Source of the DNA: Schmidtea polychroa
Taxonomy: Eukaryota
Direction: 5' to 3'
Assembly: GCA_044892525.1 (NCBI GenBank)
Contig: CM097885.1
Span: 49,106,001 to 49,166,000 of the forward strand
Length of the DNA: 60,000 nucleotides
In this document: positions 49,261 to 60,000 of the stretch, piece by piece
How positions within the stretch are numbered: position 1 is the stretch's first letter
How the letters are laid out: every line of letters begins with the position of its first letter
Notes under the pieces: model-generated
The model's input: the letters and a program-made list of their open reading frames with translations, nothing else
Told to the model about the DNA's origin: nothing
Database searches by the model: none
Translations under genes and position numbers: made by a program

Positions 49261-52200
49261 ACTGGTTATCTTATGAATTTAATCTTTAAGCTCTAATTGT
49301 TTCTCTTTACTTCGCTTTGTCTTTTTCCAGTTACTTGGTCTTCCTTTTATTTCTCCTGCATGCTTCTTTTTACTACTCTTCCAGGTTTTCCCCACTCTCC
49401 TGACTCTGGATGTGAAACACTCGCACTGGTCGATCTCCGATCGTGTGGTGATCAGTCACATGCAGAGATGTTCCAGTATATGCGATGGGCCCTGTTCCAC
49501 ATCTTTCGTCAGTACAGTTAGTACTTTCCTGGGCCTTATCCGTACTACGCTGAGCGTAGCTCATAGGTTGTGGATTTCCTAAATCTTAACAGCAAAAAAA
49601 ATTTTTTCTTATTCATTTACTCTCAATTTTCGTAATACTTTATTCTCGTTTATACGCAGTGCTCTTAATCAACTTATCTCGATTACTCTTGGTCCTTCTT
49701 CATTATTCTAAATATACCCACGTCTCTTATCCAGTTAACGTTTTATTGCTATCGCTTTTACTCTCACCGCTTCGGTTGACTTGTTTCTTGTTAATATGTC
49801 CACTATTTCCTCAGGCAGATCCCTCTCGCATTATTTGTTAATATTAGTTTATCCATTTTATTCGTTACCCTTCTATTCGTTAATGATTTATTTACGAAAC
49901 ATCCCTGCTCAATTTTGTAATTTATCGCTTCCGTATTTGTATATTTTCCTCAGTTTTTGATTTTTTATGTTACCTCTCACTGATTTCCCCGTCATAATGT
50001 TTCTCATTTCGTATATTTTACGTTTTCAAAATTTGTTTGTTGTTTTTGTGTTTATGGGCCTCTTTGTTCCACTCCCTATATTTTATGTTTTTAACTTATT
50101 TCCGCGTCTATTTGATATTTTACTTTTGGCGCGTAACTTTGATTGGTCATTTATTTTCATTATCTCATTTAATTGTTTATCTATGTCTACATATACACGC
50201 ATATACTTATACATATACCCTTATCCATAAACATATATTCATATACTCATATCCACCTATATCTGGATATCTACATCTGTACGCATTTCTCCCTAGCTGT
50301 TCGTGGAGTGGTTGATATTATTGCATTTATCGTTTCTGAATTTATTCAATCCCACAATTGCAACTTTTTGTTTCGTAATAAAAGTAGACAGTTCGTTCGT
50401 TTTCCATAACTAAAACTTTTGTTCCATGTTTCTAATTGGTCTCATTTTTGTTAGTATCTCTCGTTATTTTAATTTTCCGTGTCATGATGTTAAGCTTTCA
50501 CTTTTGTTCTATTATAATGTATCGCGTTTCATTTTATATTTGTTGTTTCTCGTAATTTTGATTTTTCATTCAAATGTCTTTGCCCTTGCTTTCTTTCTGT
50601 GAATTTGTTACTTGTTGTTTTCTGTTTGTTCATTTCGTTTTGTGTTTTCCTTGTCATTTTTATTGTGTTTATTTGTTCACATTCTATTTTGTTATATGTG
50701 CGCTCTTCATTTTCTGTCAATCATGTTTTTGTATAATTTTCCCGATTGTTCCTATTACTGCTCATGTACATTTTGACTTTCATCTTGATTTGCCGTTTGT
50801 TGTTGTCCTAGTTTGATCTCATTTTTCCTCCGCGTCTTCGCAAAATGTCGTCCTCGACATTCCTTATTTTGATTTCTCTATTATCTTGTGTTCTCTCGGT
50901 TTTCAGTATTTTGTTCTCGTGTCCTTTCTACCATATTTGCCAAACGCCCATTTTCTGTGATTAATTTTCCTTATTCTTAAATAAGTGTAGATTTTAATAT
51001 TTTTGATTTTTCGCATTATTTTATCTTTGTTTATGGTGATCGGTCCTCTACTTTTATTATATATCATTTTGGTTGGGGTGTATACACCGATATTTGCAAT
51101 TATTTATATACAATTAGTCCTCTTTTTGGCACTCAGTTCTGCCATTACCGTCTCTTTTCAATGTTATGACCATGCTAATAGTTCGTTGTGTTTTTCTCCT
51201 TTATGTAAAATACAGATACAGTGTTCTTCTGCTCATTCCACCTCCTTCTCGGAATATTTTACTCTTCATCTTATAACACTTTTCTATGAATACTATGCTG
51301 GATTTGTTATAACTATTTGTACTTCATCTTCAGCTCCCTGCATTTTCTTTTTCCCGTTTCCTTTTCCCGTCTGATATTCTCCGTTACATTCTGACCATAT
51401 CTTTCTCTCTTTGTTTTCCTCAGTTTTCTTAGTAGTTCATTTCTTGCATTCGGCTTTATCATTAGAGTCGTTCTATTTCTCTTTACTTTAGTTCAATTTT
51501 TCCTCTCTGATCCTTGATTATTCTCTCATGAACAAATTCATTGTTCAAATTTTCGATTAGATTGTTCCTCCATGAGATTCCTTGCTTCTGTATAGCTAAT
51601 GTTATTTACTATAATATGACGCTTTTCTGCTTCCATATTTCTCCTGTGGTGATATTGGGATTGATTTCCATTGTGATCCGTTTCATTCTATTAATTCACC
51701 TACATTGATTCATAATCTTTTATCTGAATTTTATTTCATTTTACTTCCCGAAGTTATATACTAATTATACCGCGCTAATATATATACATATATTTTTATA
51801 TAATCATATACCTTTATATATTCATTGTTCACACTATATATAGTCATAACCCTTTCTATGTATGTGGGTTCGTAATTCGTGATACTTTCTAGATCTCTTT
51901 TCACTGTTCTTAGTTTAGTGTTCTGTACTCTTTCATTTACTGTATATTTCATCCGTCTGGTTCTAATTGTTTCCCATTCTCTATCGTTGACGTTAGAAAA
52001 TTTTTCATAGTTCATTCCGGTTATTAATATGAGCATCGTACGTATAACTGTCTTGTATATTCATATTACTTTGGCTAACCTTGGGCTTCTTGGTTTCTTT
52101 CGCCGGATCCTTTGTCGATATCCACCACGTTATTCCGGTGTCTTGTCTAGTTATTTTCCTTAATTTCTGTATTTACTTTGTTAACTTCCTGAGCCGTTCT

Positions 52201-55200
52201 ACATAAATTTTTAAAATTCATTTTCGACATATCCTTGATGTCTGTGATGTTCGCCTATTTTGCAAAGTTTTTCACTGTCTTTGTCACGAAGATTTTATTT
52301 CGTTTTATTTTTGCTCCCTTTTTATACTGTGGTTTTATTTTTTAATAGTTATTCTCGATTGTCTTTGGTTCATATTTATTTTTCGAGTTACCAGCGAGTT
52401 TTATCCCTTCATCTATCTTGCAGACAAGTTTAGTTCTTGTTTTTGGTCTTTTACTTAACGCTTTTGTTCATTCTAGGTGTTGATGATATATAGTTATTAT
52501 TTCTATTCGTGATGTTTCGATGTCTTTCCATGTCTTCACTTTCTTTTACTTTCAGTAGAATCTGCTGATTCGCTCCGTTTCGTCTGGTAAACTCATCTCT
52601 TTATCTTTAATGTCGTTCGTCTCAGATTCACATTTGCAGAAGCTAAGGCATGGTTATCACTTGCTTTATTTATCGTTTGGTGCTTTGTTATCTGTCGAGT
52701 CTTATCATATTTTTTATTTGAATGTTTATTCGATCGTTTTTAGGGTTTAATCTTTTCCTTTTACCGACGCCTTTCAACATCCTTGGGTACTCTACCCTTG
52801 GTTTGGTATGTGTAGAAAGTATTACATGTAGAGCATAATTGGTGTAAACATTCCTTATCATACACTGTATGTATCGACAACTCAATACCAGAATCATATG
52901 TAGCTTACTTTTTCATAAACCCCTAATCCATACATTCTTATATCTCATATGCATATAATCATTCATACTATTAATTCTTCATCTATCAGTGTATCTTCCA
53001 AGAAGTTTCCATACTACGAAGACCATCACTACATTCATTCACCAATTTGGCAGTATTTGTTCAAAAATTCACATTTCATAATTTTATGACATAAATATTA
53101 TCACAGGTCAGAACAATCATTCCACAACAAAACTCAAAACAGACTACTAATTCATCATTCCAATGCAATTTAATCAACGAAGAATATCTCTATTTGTACC
53201 CACAAAAACAATACATTGATTATCCCATTACTGACTAACAATAATTATTTAAGTGCATATAAATTTATATACAAGTACAAAATGCCATAGTAACATAATT
53301 AATGATCATTTTCCATGCATGCAAATCTGACAACCCTCCGTCTCATCCTAACTAATTAAATCAAAACTAGAAAGCCATACATAATTTTATTGAAAACTGA
53401 ATTGTAAAATACTTATACAACATTAATTAGTAAAAATTCAATTAGTAAAGTCCACAAAATCAATGAAAAATATATATAACCATTCCAAGCCGCTCTCTTG
53501 AAAATAAAGAAACAATCCACTGGAACAAACCCACGGCGCAACCGAAGCCGACACACCAACCGGCACTCGGCCATCACTCGATCACATAAACAATCATATT
53601 AAAGATTCTTCCCTAAATTCTTGATATTTTAGATAAACCATGAAAAATTCAATGCACATCAGAACAAATAAATAAATTTCTTACTTCTTTATTCATTATT
53701 TTTTGACAAAAATCTAAAAATTAACTAAATCCAAAACAAAGCCTATTTGGCAAAGCTAAATGAATGTCTCATTTATGATAATGAAATGCGCTTTGGGGTA
53801 ATGAGTACATTACCCAGATTATATACCTTCACTAACTACACCTAAATCCAGAATATCAGTAAAATAAACTGACTACAACGTATTGATGGATTTGATGTGG
53901 GAAGAATTCAAATGGATATTCATTGATGGTTTTGCATGTAAGATTTGATAGTCGCTCAAAGTTTTATTCAATCATCGACAAAAACAACGAAACGAACCGA
54001 GAGAAATTACAATGAATCGAAGAACTAATCAAATTCCAGCATCATTTTCAAAAGTAAATATTCGAATCATTATTCCAATTGATAGACATGTTAACATTAA
54101 TAAAAACAAATTCCATTTTCGTTTTGTAAATCTCATAAAATTTCAATTTCATCTGAACACTACAACAAAAATCCAAATCTCATTCATACCAGCAGGCATA
54201 ATACGACAACCGCTCTGTGATTCATAAATAATCAATCCATGAAATTTGCTGAGAAAGACGCTACTATTAACGCAACCTGAAGTAGCAAGCCTGTTCCGGT
54301 TGTGTTGCTGTTCAAATAACACTAGCCGACAGTTCTTTGATATAATTGTCTCGACTATGCCAATCATCCTGCCTGCCCTTGACGGACATTTCAATATGTC
54401 GTTCAGTGAATGTGAGAGATCTCTGAATATCTTCTAGTGTGTATGTGTACACGTGTGTGTGTAGAAATATCCAACTACGATTGTCAGATCTGTTTTTATT
54501 TGTTGCTGATTATAATCGATACATCAAACGGACCGCCTACTTGATTGACAGATAAATTGCGGCCTAATGCCACCAGCGCCGCTCTTGAGTGGTCTCTCAA
54601 TCAATTGAAAATTTAGACTGGCATACATCGTCAGTTACAAATTTGTTGTGACAAATTGTGACAGGTCGTGTCACACAAATTCACACACTTACACATATTA
54701 TGTCACCGCTGATGCGAAAAACGTGTTGCTATATTTTTTCTTTTATCGATTATTCTATCAGAATTTTTTTGATTTATTTTATGGATTTTCTAGGTAAGAT
54801 TTGCTAACTTTTGAGTAAAAAAATTATTCATGGTTTTAAATTTTATTCGCAATCATCATCCTTATATTTCAGGTTCTTGGGAATTTTTATGAAATTGATC
54901 ATATTTTATTCTCAGATTATTTTCGCTATAAGGTAAATATATTCTACCTATTTTTCAATTTCAATTTTTTAATTAACTAAGTATTTTAGAATTTGTTATT
55001 AGGTTCTTTTATGAAATTTCATACCATGCTCTTGATTTATTTTGGATTGTTTCGTTGACAGGTAAGTTCGATATATTTTACCTATTTGTTTTTAAATAAA
55101 TTTTTTCGAATTTAGTTTTGTCTTTTGATGCTTATATTACTTTTTGTGATTTTATTTAAGTTAATTTTTATTTTTAAATTTCTATTTTTATAGTTAAATT

Positions 55201-55864
55201 AAATTTTATTCCAACCTATTTAATTCCTTACTAAAATAATTTTTACTTTTGATTCCCTTTTACCCCAATTAATTTTTTTTTTGGATTAACTTATTTTTAT
55301 AAATTTTAAATTATAATTTTCCTATTGTTATTTGAGCATGGTTTTTCGTCAGCATCAAATTTCGACTTTATCATTACGAATTTATTATGATTATTTGGTC
55401 GTGGTTTTTCCGATGAAAGAAATGTAAATATATCCTGTTTTTTATTTATTAACCTAAATTTTTCCAAAAAATTTTATTTTTTGTAGTTGTTAATTAGAAA
55501 ATTTTTCCAATCCAAGCAATTCTATTTCCCGAAACAAAAATAATTTTTATTTTTATTCATTTTAATTTTATGTGTTCGTTTGGTTCTTTTGCCTAAATTA
55601 ATTTTATTTCTAGCATAATTCCTAACTTAAGTTTCCCAATTTTCGTTCTAACTAATTTTCCGTTTACCATATTTAAATTTTATTTCTAAAACAGTTTTTT
55701 CTTTAATTAATTTTAATTTCTAATTTTCTTAATTTAATATTTTCCTTTTTGCACAATTTCTCATTTTGATGTTGAAGTTGAATTTTCCGAATAATTGCCA
55801 TTTTTGAGTTTGAAAATTTATTATTTATTAATGCTTTTCTGCCAAAAACAATTTATAAACCTAG

Positions 55865-55882
55865 ATCCCGGCTGAGCCCCCA
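55865..55882 (-). promoter_or_regulatory. Primer-binding site, tRNA-Pro-like
   Basis: TGGGGGCTCAGCCGGGAT (16/18 to the canonical Pro PBS TGGGGGCTCGTCCGGGAT), 7 nt from the LTR. Confidence 0.85.
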
Positions 55883-55889
55883 AAAATCA

Positions 55890-57441
55890 TGTTGGTTACT
55901 TAGGGGTGTATCATTTTTACATTTTAAAATGCGTTAGGGGTAATCATAATCGTTCGACTCTTTCCTCAGCACCTCCATGACTATTGAAATTTAAACCATT
56001 TGTGTACCCATGGTGACGACCATGTTGGTACTGTACACAAAGGCGAAAAAACAATGAGCAGGTGAGCTCTATTACTAAAACTACTCCCCATTGTATTTTC
56101 TTTTCGGGTTCTAGACTGCCGATAGAAGGTCTTACGTCATTATTCACTATGTATGCTGTTTTTAGATCATTTGTGGTCCTCAATTACGGATATTTCCTAT
56201 TGCTCTCTTACAAAAATTTTTCGCAGGGATCCGCCCTTATTTTCCAGCTAATAATTATTATTCTACACTTCCTACAATATCTAAATTATCCTTTGAAAAA
56301 TTTGAGCAGGGATTGGCCCTTATTTCCAAGTTAATCCACGCTTCCCATAATATTTAAGTTATACTTCAAAAAAATTTGAGCAGGGATCTGCCTGTATTCT
56401 CAGTCCTAACCTACATTTGACCACAGTACTTCCAGCGATAGGACCCGCGAGGAAGCCCCCACATTCCGGCCCAATCCAGCTGCGCGATTGAAAAACCAGC
56501 ATACCCACCAGTCTGAGCATCCCGAAGGTACCTCAAACCATGATATGCTGAATCTCAATTCAGCGGTACTAACGTTCGTAATCAGTTAGTATAAAAATTG
56601 AACACAATAAAAATTATTATTTAATACCTACAACTAAATGAAATTAAACAATTAAAAGAAAATAACAAAAGAAAATTTAACTAAAAATTTTATTGCATAT
56701 TAAATTAAATCATCTCGTAAAATTACTACAACAATAAAAAATAAATTACCAAATCCACGTTGGCATAAAATCGAAAACTGAGAGCTTCACTGTCTGCAAC
56801 TAAATTTTGATGTTAGAGAAAAAGTTTTTTAAATGAATTTCTGATCAGTATTTATACTGATTTTGAATGCGTATGCATGCATTTGCTGCCACTCTATCCA
56901 ATCAGAGTGCGAGAAATTCTGAATTAGTCTTGCATACATGCATGAGTGTGTGCAATTGTTTATTTGTTTTAATTCAATAAATTTAATTAATTTCTTATTT
57001 AATTTTTATTAATTTTAATTTTATAAATTTTATAATTTAAATAATTTGAGTTATATTAATTTTTATTAATTTAAACATTTTTATTCTTTAAATTTAATAA
57101 GTTAAATAACCATTTAATTCTATAAACTTTACAATTTATATAATGCTAACTAATTTTATTATTTTTGACGATTTAATTTTTATATTGTTTAAATAATTTT
57201 CAACTAATTCTATTTTATATTTTATTATTTTTCTATTTAAATTTTTAAGTGTTGAATTTTTTGTTAAATTTATTTATCTCTTATTCTATTATACGGGTTT
57301 TTTGGTTCTTAATGTGTGATGTAATTTATTTCATTTATTTTAAATTAAACCTTGGTCATAAATTTTTCAACTTTGCGGTTTTTGTGTTAGGTATTTTCGA
57401 TCGATTAAAACAAACTCTCAGTTCTCGGCTTCAGCCCAACA
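55890..57441 (-). repeat. 5' LTR
   Basis: Direct repeat of 42645-44196, adjacent to the PBS. Confidence 0.95.
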
Positions 57442-57780
57442 GCTATTTCGCAAACTGCAAATATATGGTATAAAGACCTACACGAAGTGGTAATTGTGCC
57501 ACTCCATTTATTCAGAATAGTTTTATTACGCAGTTCATCGGTACATCTCCTGTGATATCTGTGGACGAAGGCTACTGACTGAGGTTGTTTACATATGGTA
57601 CGCCCATGCAGGCCCGTCAATTTGAATAATTTTCATGTCACAAGTGTATTTCAAATATTTCTCTTCATGCTCTGATTGATAATAGTGCTTCAAATTATAT
57701 TCGTTACATTCGTCACCAGATATCAAAAATACATAATTTTCATTCTTTTTAATATTACTTGAAATCACATCCATGTATAA
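57442..57780 (-). pseudogene. Old Charlie/GTF2IRD2-like hAT fragment, the target of the LTR insertion
   Basis: NEYNLKHYYQSEH resembles the KEYNLKRHYETKH zinc finger; heavily degraded. Confidence 0.45.
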
Positions 57781-58055
57781 ATTACATAATAATTTATTTT
57801 AGTTAAATTGAAATAAATCTTTAAATGTAACAACTTCATATTCAGTAAAGAACTTCTTTCTTCTTTGAAATACAATTTTTTTACTAATTTAAAATATACA
57901 TATTTTATCTAAAGTTTTAATAAATATGATTTAGATTTTGTTTGTATAATAGATCACCTGATATCGTATGACTCTTAACAAGATTTTTGAGATACTTTAT
58001 TTTCAAACTTTTTGATTTAATAATACAATTAATTTAAATTTTATTTCGATTCGAA

Positions 58056-59450
<1,395 letters not shown>

Positions 59451-60000
59451 GTGGGTTTTTTTTATTTCGGTGTTCATTTAATCTCTTTTACGACACTGAG
59501 TGTCACTCCTTTGCATTTGCTGTGAAGGGATAAAAATCAATAAACTCAATACACTCACTTGCATACCGGGGACATTTTATTTAGATTAAAGTAAATTTTT
59601 TATCAATAACTATTTACTAAAATTATATTAAATTTGAATTGCGAGATGCAAGAAACTTTATATTCATTGAATTTTCAACCAATCCGATTTGTGATACCCA
59701 AAATCTAATTTCAGAACTTGGCAAATTAAATTATTTACCAAACTGGAAATTTATTTCATCAATTCAGCAGTTCAAGATATACGGCCTTCAATATAGAATT
59801 CCTTTTAATATCGATACCAAATGACTATTATTAAGTATATACGAAAGTTGTTATTATAAAAATAAAGGTTCAATTTGTGATTTATTTGAAACTTCACAAT
59901 GACATTCAAAGTTTATACAGTGTTTTACCGTGCCTTTGTATTCTAGGAAATTTATCATATGATTTCTGTTTGCGTGCATAGCAGATAATTAAATTAGAAG

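Larger units (their letters stand above)
42645..57441 (-). mobile_element. 14.8-kb non-autonomous (gag-only) Ty3/Gypsy LTR retrotransposon
   Basis: Near-identical 1552-bp LTRs (TGTTGG...CCAACA); 4-bp TSD GCTA (42641-42644, 57442-57445); PBS; gag; no pol motifs seen. Confidence 0.93.

Noticed and set aside
48548..49296. Repetitive ORFs and CRISPR-like periodicity
   Set aside because: 13-bp tandem units with no spacers; the ORFs are translations of the minisatellite
59585..59824. Candidate ABHD18 exon 9
   Set aside because: The acceptor at 59584 gives an immediate stop, and the ORF lacks ABHD18 C-terminal motifs

Overview
AT-rich animal genomic DNA with very short (41-52 bp) introns, almost entirely made of nested transposable elements. 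1-10.6 kb: two hAT-in-hAT nests with resolvable TIRs and 8-bp TSDs. 11.4-16 kb: a BEL/Pao integrase remnant, an internally deleted ASF1 pseudogene, and a Tc1 relic split by a MITE. 16.6-27.4 kb: a reduced Polinton/Maverick (AGT terminus, ~0.75-kb TIRs, 6-bp TSD; penton, core-protein and pPolB remnants) carrying a Charlie-type hAT and an intact hATm. 28.6-29.9 kb: a mariner. 32.4-39.2 kb is the most striking feature: a Ty3/Gypsy-type LTR element whose ORFs rebuild into one polyprotein, Gag - ubiquitin-like domain - AT-hook - chuvirus-like glycoprotein - protease, so the env lies between gag and pro. 42.6-57.4 kb: a young 14.8-kb gag-only LTR element whose 3' LTR holds a copy of the host DNA flanking its 5' LTR. 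58.0-59.5 kb: the first 8 coding exons of a host ABHD18 gene. All family assignments come from recalled motifs; no database search was run.
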